Shown here: positions 9,037-19,272 of the stretch, piece after piece
How the letters are laid out: each line of letters begins with the position of its first letter
Position numbering within the stretch: the stretch's first letter is position 1
Assembly: GCA_048938105.1 (NCBI GenBank)
Contig: JBHLMN010000026.1
Span: forward strand, 1 to 64,000
Source of the DNA: Promethearchaeota archaeon
GTDB taxonomy: Archaea; Asgardarchaeota; Heimdallarchaeia; Hodarchaeales; Hodarchaeaceae
Direction: 5' to 3'
DNA: 64,000 nucleotides
Made by a program: the position numbers and the translations under genes
The notes under the pieces: model-generated
What the model saw: only the letters and a program-made list of their open reading frames with translations
What the model was told of the DNA's origin: nothing
Database searches by the model: none

Positions 9037-9134
9037 AGAAAACCCACTTTAATATTGTTTGTACCTAGATTGATTCAGATGGTAATATCATCTGTAATAA
9101 TTCGAAAAGAAAGAAAAAAGAGAGGAATTAATAA

Positions 9135-10238
9135 TTAACCCCATGAGACTTCGTGAAGAAGATTTCTTTCAGTCTGACCATCAAAGACCTGAATCATATC
9201 ATTTGAGAAGGAAACATAAGATTTTTCACCAATCTTTCCACGATATTGCCCAGGAGACAAAGCTTTAGCAGAGAGTCCGTCTGGAAATTCGAATGTCATA
9301 AGGGATTCTGCCCCAAGATATTCAATGACGGAAACTGTGACTTCAAAAGTATTCGGACGTGACTCGGGGGTGATTTCAATATGTTCAGGACGAATACCTA
9401 GGATAAGCTTGTCACTTGATTTTTCCACCTTCTTAGCAATCTCATTAGTAATTGTGTACCGATTTTCTCCAAAAGCGATCTGACCATTCGCTCCATCGTA
9501 CTTCGCGTCGAAGAAGTTCATTGTGGGGGAACCAATGAAACCAGCTACAAATACATTTGAGGGAGTATTATAGACTTCTGCAGGGGTACCAACCTGTTGG
9601 ATGATACCTTCATGGAGAATAGTTATTCTGTCAGCCATTGACATTGCTTCAACCTGATCATGAGTAACATAAATCAAGGTTGTTTCCAACTTTTTCTGGA
9701 GCTTAATAATCTCTGCACGCATTTGAGTTCGGAGCTTGGCATCAAGATTGCTTAAGGGTTCATCAAAGAGGAAAACAGAAGGATCACGTACAATACATCT
9801 CCCAAGGGCCACTCGTTGTCGTTGGCCTCCACTTAATTCCTTTGGTTTGCGATCTAAAAGGTGTGCTATATCGAGAATCTCTGCAGCTTTTAATACTCTT
9901 TCATCGATAATTTTTTTGTCTGTTTTGGCTAATTTTAATGCGAAGCTCATATTATCTTTGACATTATAGTGGGGATAGAGTGCATATGACTGGAAAACCA
10001 TTGCTACTTTTCGCTCTTTTGGAGGTAATTCTGTAACATCGACATCTCCAAATAATACTTTTCCACCAGTTACATATTCTAAACCAGCAATAATGTTCAA
10101 GCATGTTGATTTTCCGCAACCAGAAGGACCGACAAGAACCATAAACTCTTTATCTTTGATTGTAAGAGCAATGTCTTTGAGTACGTGGACATTTCCACTG
10201 AAAATTTTATTAACTTTTTCTAATTTTATGTCTACCAT
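9135..10238 (-). CDS. malK: Sugar ABC transporter ATP-binding protein (MalK/UgpC type)
   Basis: GPSGCGKST, LSGGQRQR, FDEPLSNLDAKLR, YVTHDQVEA; C-terminal TOBE region (GIRPEH). Confidence 0.95.
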   Translation of the reverse strand: MVDIKLEKVNKIFSGNVHVLKDIALTIKDKEFMVLVGPSGCGKSTCLNIIAGLEYVTGGKVLFGDVDVTELPPKERKVAMVFQSYALYPHYNVKDNMSFALKLAKTDKKIIDERVLKAAEILDIAHLLDRKPKELSGGQRQRVALGRCIVRDPSVFLFDEPLSNLDAKLRTQMRAEIIKLQKKLETTLIYVTHDQVEAMSMADRITILHEGIIQQVGTPAEVYNTPSNVFVAGFIGSPTMNFFDAKYDGANGQIAFGENRYTITNEIAKKVEKSSDKLILGIRPEHIEITPESRPNTFEVTVSVIEYLGAESLMTFEFPDGLSAKALSPGQYRGKIGEKSYVSFSNDMIQVFDGQTERNLLHEVSWG

Positions 10239-10257
10239 CTTTAAAACCTCTTTTGAT

Positions 10258-11196
10258 TTATCCCTTCACAGCACCACTTGTTATACCTTTGATCAGCTGT
10301 TTTTGAAAGATTAAAACCAAAATAACCAAAGGAATTGTAGCAATACATGTGGCTGCCATTAAAGCTAGATCTGTATCCCAATTTGCTTGTAAACTTAAAG
10401 GACTCTGAACAAAACGGAGTATCGCTCGGGGAACCGTATGGTTGTAATCAGATGTTAGCCATATTTGGGCAAAAAGAAGTTCATTCCATGAGGCAATGAA
10501 AACCAGCATTAATGTGGTAAAAAGCCCTGGGATTGTCAAGGGAAGAATAATTTTCCTGAATATTTGAAAATTAGAGGCTCCATCAACTTTGGCTGCTTTC
10601 CAAAGATCTTCAGGTATCTCCTCAAAAAAAGAGCGTAATACAAACACTGAAAGCGGAAGATTAAAAGCAGAATAGGGTAAAACTAACCCAATAAGATTGT
10701 CATGTAAATCCAGAATTGGTACAAATTCTGAGATAGTTTTTACTTGGATAAAATATGGTATCACAATAATAAGAGGAGGAAGACTAGTCATAGCAAAGAT
10801 AATCATAGTGACAACACCTTTCATTGGGAATTCAAATTTAGCTAAACTATATGCAACAAAAGATCCTACCAGAAGAACAACAATAGCAGTTAATGATGAA
10901 AGAATAAATCCATTAATTAAAGCTCGATCAAATGTAACTCCAGTATATTCAGTATTTTCGAACACAACGAGATACGATTTTAAATTTGCAATTTTTGGGA
11001 AAATTTCAAACTCTGATTGAGGAATGTACGGATCTCTTAGTGATCGTATGAAGATCCAAATAAAAGGACCAGCACAAAATAAACACATTAGGATGATCCC
11101 TGCAAAGAATAAAACCTTACCAAGTAAACGTTTCCTGCGGATCCATAGAATCTTTGATTCAGAGATTGGAGCAATACTTTTATCTACTATCATCAT
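10258..11196 (-). CDS. Sugar ABC transporter permease (MalG-like)
   Basis: EAA-like loop (LWKAAKVDGAS), FIASWNEL, terminal GAVKG. Confidence 0.92.
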   Translation of the reverse strand: MMIVDKSIAPISESKILWIRRKRLLGKVLFFAGIILMCLFCAGPFIWIFIRSLRDPYIPQSEFEIFPKIANLKSYLVVFENTEYTGVTFDRALINGFILSSLTAIVVLLVGSFVAYSLAKFEFPMKGVVTMIIFAMTSLPPLIIVIPYFIQVKTISEFVPILDLHDNLIGLVLPYSAFNLPLSVFVLRSFFEEIPEDLWKAAKVDGASNFQIFRKIILPLTIPGLFTTLMLVFIASWNELLFAQIWLTSDYNHTVPRAILRFVQSPLSLQANWDTDLALMAATCIATIPLVILVLIFQKQLIKGITSGAVKG

Positions 11197-12191
11197 GTAC
11201 GTCTCCTAGTAAGTGCTATTATCAGCAGAGCAAAGAAAATAATTAGAAGAAATTCCATAACAGCGACGGCAGATGCAAGACCATATTCTTGAGCAAGTGC
11301 CCAAAAATCTACTGCTTGTTTGGTCATAGAATAGACACTTTCATCACGAAAAACAATGATTGCATCATATACTCTAATAGCATCCATCACCCTAAACACA
11401 AGTGCAATACCAACACCAGGCATGATTAAGGGCCAGGTAATGTATCGAAATTTCTGCCAACTAGAAGCACCCGCTATATCTGCTGCTTTGTACAGGTCAT
11501 CTGGGACAACCTGTAAAGCTGCAAGAATTAACAAACTGAAAAATGGTGTTGTTTTCCAAACATCGATAATTATTACAGTAAACATAGTAAATGTGATTGG
11601 AATTTGAGTAATAAATGGATCAAAAGGATAAATTACAGGTAAGTTAAAAATAATGTCCACATCAGATCCAAAAAATGTGATGGGGCGTTGTCCGAGAAGT
11701 ATAAGTATATTATTAACTACTCCATAGGAATCCGCAGTCTCAAAGATCTCATATCTAAAAATAGTGGCAGAAGCAATGGTAGGAAGAGCCCAAGGAATGA
11801 GTAATGTCGCTCGTGCCAAGCTACGACCACGAAATTCTTTATTAAGCATTAAAGCAAAAACAAGTCCTAATAAGAATTCCAAGGAAACTGCAACAAATGA
11901 AAAGAACAGGGTCTGGTAAGTGAATTGCCAAAAGTCTCTTCCATTTATCCCTCCATATAATAACAATTCATAATAGTTCACTAATGTGATATGTTTACCA
12001 AAATAACCTTGAATAGCGCTACTGTCTGTAAAACTTATTATTAATCCAGTAAGAACAGGAAAAAGAATTCCAAAAAGAAAGACTAATGCAGCGGGTGTCA
12101 TCATTGTCGCTACAAAATTCTTATCAGAAGGAGGGTTTATCTCTTGATCTCTCAAAGTTGAAGTTATGGCTGTAGATTGTGATATACCCAT
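11193..12191 (-). CDS. Sugar ABC transporter permease (MalF-like)
   Basis: LLIPWALP, DVWKTTPF, LYKAADIAGAS. Confidence 0.92.
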   Translation of the reverse strand: MGISQSTAITSTLRDQEINPPSDKNFVATMMTPAALVFLFGILFPVLTGLIISFTDSSAIQGYFGKHITLVNYYELLLYGGINGRDFWQFTYQTLFFSFVAVSLEFLLGLVFALMLNKEFRGRSLARATLLIPWALPTIASATIFRYEIFETADSYGVVNNILILLGQRPITFFGSDVDIIFNLPVIYPFDPFITQIPITFTMFTVIIIDVWKTTPFFSLLILAALQVVPDDLYKAADIAGASSWQKFRYITWPLIMPGVGIALVFRVMDAIRVYDAIIVFRDESVYSMTKQAVDFWALAQEYGLASAVAVMEFLLIIFFALLIIALTRRRT

Positions 12192-12270
12192 TTTTTTATG
12201 ATCTCCTAAAAAATATTCATCACTACGAAGTGATTAATTAAAACAAAAAAAAAGAAAGGGAGGGAATGAA

Positions 12271-13722
12271 TTATTTTTTCTTTCTACGCCGAATCTCAAA
12301 GATAGCAGCTAATGATCCGAAGGCAGCGATTAATACTGGGAGTTCAAACCCAGGAGTTGGACGTCCACCAATGATTTCAGCGATATCAGCATCCATTTCA
12401 CCTAAGGCTTGGCCTACAGATTTCACTCCACTTAATAGATCACTGAATTTATCGGCAATTGAGGAGGAGATCAACGAGTATTTTGGATGAACAGGACGAG
12501 CTAGAGTCTTATCAAAAGCATCATAGAATTCTCCAGCCCATTCATACCCTGCTGGAAGATCGTCATACGCGGCTTTTAATGCGGGGAAGTTCGACACTTC
12601 AGTCAGTTCATACAGTTGGGCGGCCTTGTCTCCGAGGAAGCGAATGAGATTCAGTGCTTCATCCTGATTTTCACTGTACTTCGGAATAGATAAAACTGCA
12701 CCACCTACAACTGAAGATTTCTCTGCTGCTGCCCCTGATTTTGTGGGTAGGGGCGCCACTCCAAACTGGGTGTAGTCACCATCAGTATCAGTTGCGTTCA
12801 AATTTAAAGTACTAGCTGATGAACCGTAAGCGAAAGTCCATTGCCGCATGAAGATAGACTCTCCTGCAAGCCACTTGCCAACAGAGGAGCCTTCATCCAT
12901 GGTAAGGCCTGACCGGGGAATAATGTAACCTGTTGTTTTCCCCTTATCATCCCACATACCAGTATATCGGGGTGCAATAAGTCCTTTCAAGAACTCCATG
13001 GCTACCTGTGCTTTTGATGTGTTCAGGTTAGGATTTCCATCGGCATCAAAGATATCGGTAACCCCATTACCGCCCAACCACTCAATGAAGTTACACACCC
13101 CACCTTCGTAAGCATCAAACTGCCCAACATATCCAACAAGGTCTGGTTCTAGTGTTTGTTCGGTTGTATTACCTAAGATTTTGATGGTGTTAGTTTTGAA
13201 CTCATCCCAAGTGTCAAAGTCGCCAATTGTGAACCCATTACGTGAGATAATGTCCTTTCGATAGAACATAACACCTAGATTCATGAAGTAGGGGTATGCC
13301 CAGATTTTATCTCCTTCGTAGGTACAGGAGGTGACCATTCCATCCACATAGTCGTCCATTTCATCTGTTTCTAATAAGTCCGTGAGTTCAATCACCCATC
13401 CATTCTCTGCAAATTGAGCGGTCCAGATGGGATCTAATCCGATGACATCGAATTCTTTAGCTTCTCCCGTCATCTGAGTGACAAGATATGTAAGTTGATC
13501 GTCTGCTCTTGTTCCTGAAGCAATAACTTTTACATCATCTACTCCATCACCAAGATCACTGGCCAAGAAGTCATCAACAACTCCTTCTATTGCCGGTGCT
13601 TGTTGATCAGAGACAATGATCGTTAATTCGACTGCTGCCGGTTTCGCTGAACCCAGAAAAATGGATCCAAAAGAAATCGTTAGCAATCCTACGATTATTG
13701 CCATAGCAGCTATTTTTTTCAT
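12271..13722 (-). CDS. Sugar (trehalose/maltose-type) ABC solute-binding protein with PGF-TM-basic C-terminal anchor
   Basis: Signal peptide; D-x-IW...FA-x-x-GW, YEG-x-x-CN, FMRQW, RPVHPKY (trehalose/maltose-binding-protein-like motifs); ends PTPGFELPVLIAAFGSLAAIFEIRRRKKK. Confidence 0.92.
   Translation of the reverse strand: MKKIAAMAIIVGLLTISFGSIFLGSAKPAAVELTIIVSDQQAPAIEGVVDDFLASDLGDGVDDVKVIASGTRADDQLTYLVTQMTGEAKEFDVIGLDPIWTAQFAENGWVIELTDLLETDEMDDYVDGMVTSCTYEGDKIWAYPYFMNLGVMFYRKDIISRNGFTIGDFDTWDEFKTNTIKILGNTTEQTLEPDLVGYVGQFDAYEGGVCNFIEWLGGNGVTDIFDADGNPNLNTSKAQVAMEFLKGLIAPRYTGMWDDKGKTTGYIIPRSGLTMDEGSSVGKWLAGESIFMRQWTFAYGSSASTLNLNATDTDGDYTQFGVAPLPTKSGAAAEKSSVVGGAVLSIPKYSENQDEALNLIRFLGDKAAQLYELTEVSNFPALKAAYDDLPAGYEWAGEFYDAFDKTLARPVHPKYSLISSSIADKFSDLLSGVKSVGQALGEMDADIAEIIGGRPTPGFELPVLIAAFGSLAAIFEIRRRKKK
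12983..13185 (-). repeat. 203-bp perfect inverted repeat, partner 19819-20021
   Basis: Base-by-base reverse-complement identity between the two SBP paralogues. Confidence 0.9.
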
Positions 13723-13762
13723 TTTTTATATCACCAGTTTCTTATTTCGACTAATTCTTTTG

Positions 13763-13777
13763 ACTACTTAAAGTAGT
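13763..13777. promoter_or_regulatory. Putative TrmB operator ACTACT-TAA-AGTAGT upstream of the SBP/ABC operon
   Basis: Perfect palindrome containing TACT-N3-AGTA, the motif described for Thermococcales TrmB at the trehalose/maltose promoter. It lies 41 nt upstream of the start. Confidence 0.7.
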
Positions 13778-13963
13778 AATATTATAGAATTAGCTGAGTC
13801 CCATTAAGAATCATCAAACTATAAAAACTTTATGGGGAGAATTTAGTAAACAGATGATTGAAATGAGCTTATTGACAAATAAAATTCATATTAATAATAT
13901 TTTCTTGATAACTGAATCAAATTCAATTCTTAAAATATTATAATAACATTAACCAGAATTTGA

Positions 13964-15109
13964 TTAAGGACTATTAAGCAAAGTGATATTATCTGCAGTT
14001 ATCTCCTCATATTGCGCACGAATTCCCCCAATAGATACTTCTTCGTCACTATCATCTGGTAATAATGAAATACTAAACAAACCACTTGTCCATTGATGAT
14101 TAATTTTACTTATTTTACCAGTTACCGTGACTGATTTTCCACTCTCTGTGCGAAATCCAGTTATTTTTACACGAGGAATTTGATTTCTCTGCGAAAGATA
14201 TTCAATTTCCTCTATTGCGTTTTGGATATGAACAAAAGTCCTTGGAAGGGCGGGTTCTCTGAAAATTATTGATGTTGGTTTACCTAAGTACCAATTTGAA
14301 AAGAAAAAATGATCTATGAGGGTATGAATGAGTTCTTTTTGTTCGATTACTTGAGCAACTACAAATTCATGATCAGTATCATGATCGAATGTCCTAGTTC
14401 CCCATTGCAAAGCTTGGGTTTGATCAATAATAATGTAAGGCATCGAAAATCCTTTTCTTTGTTTGATTCGAAGAAATGCTCCCCATTTCAAAATTATCTC
14501 AGAGTCAAAGTCTTCTTCAAAGCTTGAGACCCAAGAGATGCTAACTCGACGCTTAACTGCTAAAATTAATTCTTTCATTAATTCTTTAAACACTGAAACA
14601 CTAGCTACAATTAGTATCTCGTACTCCGCTTTCTTAATCATGGATTTCGCAGTTGTAATTATATTATTCTTATTCTGAACCTCCCAGATTCCACTGTGGA
14701 ATTCTCGATGAACACTGGATATTTTTTGAAGTTCCAGTATAGCTTGGTCTTTAGCATAACTAAAAAATGAGAATAAATTTTCTAATCCCCTATTTGGATC
14801 TACAGGACGGAATTTCCTTGTTGTTTTTTTACTACTCTCCACTTTAGGTTCTATAAGTCCATACTTTACTAAATTTCCTAATGTATCATATGCTCTCGGT
14901 TGAGGTATTCCAGTTTTTTTCACAATCTCTAAGACTGTCTGTGTTCCACCTTGTATCAAAGCAATATAGGCTTGGACTTCATATTTTGTAAGACCTAAGC
15001 GGCGTAAAAGTGCATGTAAGCGCCAATTAGCATCTGGGATATTCACTGACTTGAAATTAATAGCTCGTTTAAATTCCTCTAAAGCTTCTGAATTTTTCTG
15101 ATCTTTCAT
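13964..15109 (-). CDS. trmB: TrmB-family sugar-sensing transcriptional regulator
   Basis: LGLTKYEVQAYIAL...TGIPQPRAYDTL wHTH; C-terminal sugar-binding domain ending VSIGG-x-x-A-x-x-EE. Confidence 0.92.
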   Translation of the reverse strand: MKDQKNSEALEEFKRAINFKSVNIPDANWRLHALLRRLGLTKYEVQAYIALIQGGTQTVLEIVKKTGIPQPRAYDTLGNLVKYGLIEPKVESSKKTTRKFRPVDPNRGLENLFSFFSYAKDQAILELQKISSVHREFHSGIWEVQNKNNIITTAKSMIKKAEYEILIVASVSVFKELMKELILAVKRRVSISWVSSFEEDFDSEIILKWGAFLRIKQRKGFSMPYIIIDQTQALQWGTRTFDHDTDHEFVVAQVIEQKELIHTLIDHFFFSNWYLGKPTSIIFREPALPRTFVHIQNAIEEIEYLSQRNQIPRVKITGFRTESGKSVTVTGKISKINHQWTSGLFSISLLPDDSDEEVSIGGIRAQYEEITADNITLLNSP

Positions 15110-15301
15110 TTACTTTCCTTGTCTATTTTTCTATTCTAATCATTTTATTTCTTGTAATAATATGGTTCTTTTAATGTTATTTAACAAATTTTAGAGTTTT
15201 TATGTAAAATGTTTGTGTAAAAAAGGACTTTAATAACATTGATGGTAATCTTGTGAATGATAAATTGGTTTTTCCCTATACATCAATAAGAATATTATTA
15301 T

Positions 15302-15316
15302 ACTACTTTTGGTAGT
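15302..15316. promoter_or_regulatory. Putative TrmB operator ACTACT-TTT-GGTAGT upstream of beta-PGM-GH65
   Basis: One mismatch to the 13763 palindrome; 43 nt upstream of ATG 15359. Confidence 0.62.
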
Positions 15317-15358
15317 TGCATTTATCACTAAAAAATCATCCTGTATGTGCGATAAAAT

Positions 15359-18300
15359 ATGTCAAATCTAAGCTTTGATGCGGTTATATTTGATTTAGAT
15401 GGAGTGATTACTCAAACAGCTTCAACTCATAGCAAAGCTTGGAAAATGATGTTTGATGAATACCTAATCTTAAGAGAAAGAGAATATAATGAACCTTTTA
15501 AAGAATTTGCTCGTGATTATGATTATTTAACCTATGTTGATGGAAAACCAAGATATCAAGGTGTAAAATCCTTTTTAGAATCTCGTGGAATTGATATACC
15601 ATATGGAAAACCCTTGGATTCCCCCCAAAAAGAATCAATATGTGGATTGGGTAATAGAAAAAACGAATTATTTAATGAGCTCATAACTCATAGTGGAGTG
15701 GAAATATTTCCCACTACAATAGAATTTATACGGAAGTTGAAGGACAAAGGTATTAGAATAGGAGTTGCTTCTTCAAGTAAGAATTGTAAAGCAATATTAG
15801 AAGCAGCTGAATTAGCTCATTTATTTGATACCCGTGTCGATGGAGTTATATCAAGTGCGCTCAGATTAAAAGGAAAACCTGCCCCAGACATTTTTTTAAC
15901 AGCTTCTAATAACCTTAATGTCCATTATGACAAAGTAGTTGTCATTGAAGATGCAGTCTCAGGTGTTCAGGCTGGTGCAAAAGGGCATTTTGGATTGGTC
16001 ATTGGCGTTGCTCGTAAAAGAAATCAAAGAGAACTCAAAAGTAATGGTGCTGATATTGTTGTTGAGGATCTTGGAGAAATAACAATAGAAGAAATTCAAA
16101 ATTGGTTTCTCCTAGGACTTGAAAAGGAAAAATGGGCATTACAATATTTTGATTACAACAGAAATGAAGAAAAGAAGCGTGAAGCTCTCTTAACAATAGG
16201 AAATGGATATTTCGGTACGAGGGGAGTAATGGAAGAGTTTGATGCTAATGATGTTAACTATCCTGGCACATACATTGCAGGTGTATATAATGAATTAGAG
16301 TCTCAAATAGCAGGTAGAACTATAATAAACGAGGATCTTGTAAATTGCCCTAATTGGTTATTTATCAAATTTAAATTGGGAAATAAAGATTGGTTTAACC
16401 TAAAAACATTTGAAATAACTAAAATTAAGAGAAAATTAGATTTAAAAAAAGGAGTATTATATAAAGAGATGCAAATAAAAGATGATCAAGGGTGGGAAAC
16501 ATTAATAGAATCGTCAAGACTGGCAAGCATGGATAACCCTCATATAGCATGTTTGAGGTACAAAATTACTCCTCTGAACTATTCGTCTAAGATAACAATT
16601 AGAACATCATTGAATGGCGCAATCATTAATGCAGGAGTAGACCGATATAAAGATCTGAACTCTAATCATTTAAAACCAATCCAATTTACTGGTGACAAAG
16701 ATTTTAGCTATCTTCTTGTTCAAACAACTCAATCAGAAATTCAAATTGCCATAGTTTCGAAATTGATTTTTTTGACCGAAGAAAAGAAAATTTTTCCTGA
16801 AATCTCATTTACAAGTGATGTCGAGGGAAGAATTGACTCCTATGCAACACTAGAGGTAAAACAGGGAAAATCTATCAGCATTGAAAAGATAGTGGCAATC
16901 TATACCTCCAAAGATCCAGATTTTGATGAGGAAATTACCTTACTAGAAGCAGCTAAAAACACTATCCAAACCAAAACCTTTGATCAGATTTTTCATGATA
17001 GTGTCAAGTGCTGGGATCAAATTTGGGAGAAAATTGATATTAAAATAGAGGGAGATCGGTTAATACAGAAATTGCTACGATTGCATTCATATCATTTAAT
17101 GATTACGGCTTCCCTCCATAATGAAAATATTGATGCAGGTATTCCTGCAAGAGGATTACATGGAGAAGCGTATAGGGGCCACATTTTCTGGGATACAATT
17201 TTTATACTTCCCTTTTATATCATCCATTTCCCACAAATTGCTAGATCTGCACTCTTGTATAGATATAGAAGATTAGATCAAGCACGAAAGTACGCTGAAA
17301 AGAATGGGTATGAAGGGGCTATGTTCCCTTGGCAGAGTAGTCTAACTGGAAAGGAGGAAACACCAACAGTTCACTTGAATCCTCTGTCTGGGGAATGGGG
17401 ACCTGATTATAGTTCATTGCAGAGACACGTCTCATTAGCAGTCGCCTATAATGTTTGGACCTACTTCTGGATTACAAATGATATAGAATTTATGGAAACC
17501 TATGGGGCAGAAATGATACTGGAGATCTGTAGATTTTGGTCAAGTAAAGCAGAATTAAATGATCTTGGATTCTATGAAATTAAGGAAATTATGGGTCCAG
17601 ATGAATTTCATGAAACGTTCCCAAATTCTTCTAATAAAGGCCTAAAGGACAATTTTTACACCAATATTATGGTTGTTTGGGTATTTCAGAGAGCTTTTGA
17701 GATTCTTAGGCTTTTAAACCAAAGGAGAAAAGAAAAAATAAGACAAAAAATAAATTTATCTGATTCTGAACTAACAAAGTGGGAAGATATCCAAAGAAAG
17801 ATGAACTTAGAAATATCAGAGGAAGGAGTATTTGCTCAATTTGATGGTTATTTCTCTTTGGAAGAGCTAGATTGGGAACATTATAGGAAAAAATACGGTA
17901 ACATTCATAGAATGGATCGTATTTTAAAAGCAGAAGGAAAAAATCCAGATGAATTCAAAGTTGCGAAACAGGCAGATGTCTTAATGACTTTTTATATTCT
18001 CAATCCCTCGGAAGTAAGGCATTTAGTCGAACAACTTGGGCATTCTCTACGGGAGGATTTTTTAGAGGTGAATTATGATTTCTATGCTAATCGAACATCA
18101 CATGGTTCGACTTTAAGTAAAGTGGTACATTCTTATCTGCTTACCTTACTTGGAAGGGACGAAGAAGGGTATAAATATTTTTTAGACGCTCTAAAAAGCG
18201 ATTATATTGATATTCAAGGAGGAACGACAGGTGAGGGGATTCACACTGGAGTTATGGCTGGAACAGTCTTATTAGCTATGAAATCTTACGTTGGATTAGA

Positions 18301-18556
18301 TTTGCGATTTAATGAAGTATGTTTAGATCCTGTTTTACCAAAAATTTGGAGAAGTATGAGATTTAACTTTGACTTTAAGGGAGCTACCTATTATCTTGAT
18401 GTTACTCATGAAAAAATAAGATTTAAAGTAATAAGTAGTAAAAAGAAAGAAGTTATGATCAATATACGTGATATAGTTATATCTATAGAAACCCAAATTC
18501 CTACTGAGATTGGGAGGTGGAAAGAATATTCTTTAACTAAGAAGAAAATAGAGTGA
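15359..18556 (+). CDS. Beta-phosphoglucomutase-like HAD domain fused to GH65 glycoside phosphorylase/hydrolase
   Basis: N-terminal FDLDGVIT, GKPAPD, EDAVSG; GH65 motifs NGYFGTRG, ARGLHGEAYRGHIFWD, GPDEFHE, KQAD, HGSTLS. Confidence 0.93.
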   Translation: MSNLSFDAVIFDLDGVITQTASTHSKAWKMMFDEYLILREREYNEPFKEFARDYDYLTYVDGKPRYQGVKSFLESRGIDIPYGKPLDSPQKESICGLGNRKNELFNELITHSGVEIFPTTIEFIRKLKDKGIRIGVASSSKNCKAILEAAELAHLFDTRVDGVISSALRLKGKPAPDIFLTASNNLNVHYDKVVVIEDAVSGVQAGAKGHFGLVIGVARKRNQRELKSNGADIVVEDLGEITIEEIQNWFLLGLEKEKWALQYFDYNRNEEKKREALLTIGNGYFGTRGVMEEFDANDVNYPGTYIAGVYNELESQIAGRTIINEDLVNCPNWLFIKFKLGNKDWFNLKTFEITKIKRKLDLKKGVLYKEMQIKDDQGWETLIESSRLASMDNPHIACLRYKITPLNYSSKITIRTSLNGAIINAGVDRYKDLNSNHLKPIQFTGDKDFSYLLVQTTQSEIQIAIVSKLIFLTEEKKIFPEISFTSDVEGRIDSYATLEVKQGKSISIEKIVAIYTSKDPDFDEEITLLEAAKNTIQTKTFDQIFHDSVKCWDQIWEKIDIKIEGDRLIQKLLRLHSYHLMITASLHNENIDAGIPARGLHGEAYRGHIFWDTIFILPFYIIHFPQIARSALLYRYRRLDQARKYAEKNGYEGAMFPWQSSLTGKEETPTVHLNPLSGEWGPDYSSLQRHVSLAVAYNVWTYFWITNDIEFMETYGAEMILEICRFWSSKAELNDLGFYEIKEIMGPDEFHETFPNSSNKGLKDNFYTNIMVVWVFQRAFEILRLLNQRRKEKIRQKINLSDSELTKWEDIQRKMNLEISEEGVFAQFDGYFSLEELDWEHYRKKYGNIHRMDRILKAEGKNPDEFKVAKQADVLMTFYILNPSEVRHLVEQLGHSLREDFLEVNYDFYANRTSHGSTLSKVVHSYLLTLLGRDEEGYKYFLDALKSDYIDIQGGTTGEGIHTGVMAGTVLLAMKSYVGLDLRFNEVCLDPVLPKIWRSMRFNFDFKGATYYLDVTHEKIRFKVISSKKKEVMINIRDIVISIETQIPTEIGRWKEYSLTKKKIE

Positions 18557-18563
18557 TTGCTTT

Positions 18564-19199
18564 ATGTTGAACGATGTACTTTTGATAACTGATAAACATA
18601 AAAAGGCAGCAGCACAAATAATAGAGAGGATTGGCGACTTAGAAAAGCTTGACAAATTTATTATAGCCATTGGAGGGGAATCTGGTTCTGGGAAAAGTGA
18701 AGTTGCGCATATGGTATCAAAATTATTGAAAAAACGTGGTAAATATGCTAAGATATTACATACAGATAATTATTATAAGATCCCTCCCGTCAAACGAAGC
18801 CAATGGAGACAAACACAAGGGATCCAGAATATTGGTTACATAGAACTTGATTGGGATCTAATTAATCAACATATACAGGATTTCATTAAGAATCAAGAAT
18901 CAAAAATGCCTTGTATTGATTTATTAACAGATCAAGTTGATGAATTAATAACTAATTTTGATGGGATCCCAATTCTTATATTAGAAGGATTGTACTGTCT
19001 CAAGGCAACTGTTGACTTAAAAATATTTATTGATTTAACTTATCATGATACAAAAGTGGCACAGATGGTTCGAGGGAAGGAAACATTGAATGATAATAGG
19101 ATTAAAGTGCTAGAAAGAGAACATGAAGTTGTGCAATCATTACGACCAGAAGCTCATTTACTGATAACCAAGGATTTTGAAGTAGTTGAGAACAGTTAA
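18564..19199 (+). CDS. Uridine-kinase/PRK-like P-loop kinase
   Basis: IGGESGSGKS, HTDNYY, ILEGLY. Confidence 0.8.
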   Translation: MLNDVLLITDKHKKAAAQIIERIGDLEKLDKFIIAIGGESGSGKSEVAHMVSKLLKKRGKYAKILHTDNYYKIPPVKRSQWRQTQGIQNIGYIELDWDLINQHIQDFIKNQESKMPCIDLLTDQVDELITNFDGIPILILEGLYCLKATVDLKIFIDLTYHDTKVAQMVRGKETLNDNRIKVLEREHEVVQSLRPEAHLLITKDFEVVENS

Positions 19200-19272
19200 T
19201 TCTCATTCTTTTACTTCATGCAGGTAGATTTTTAAAGTACCTGAAAGATCATTTACGAGCTGTATTAGATTA

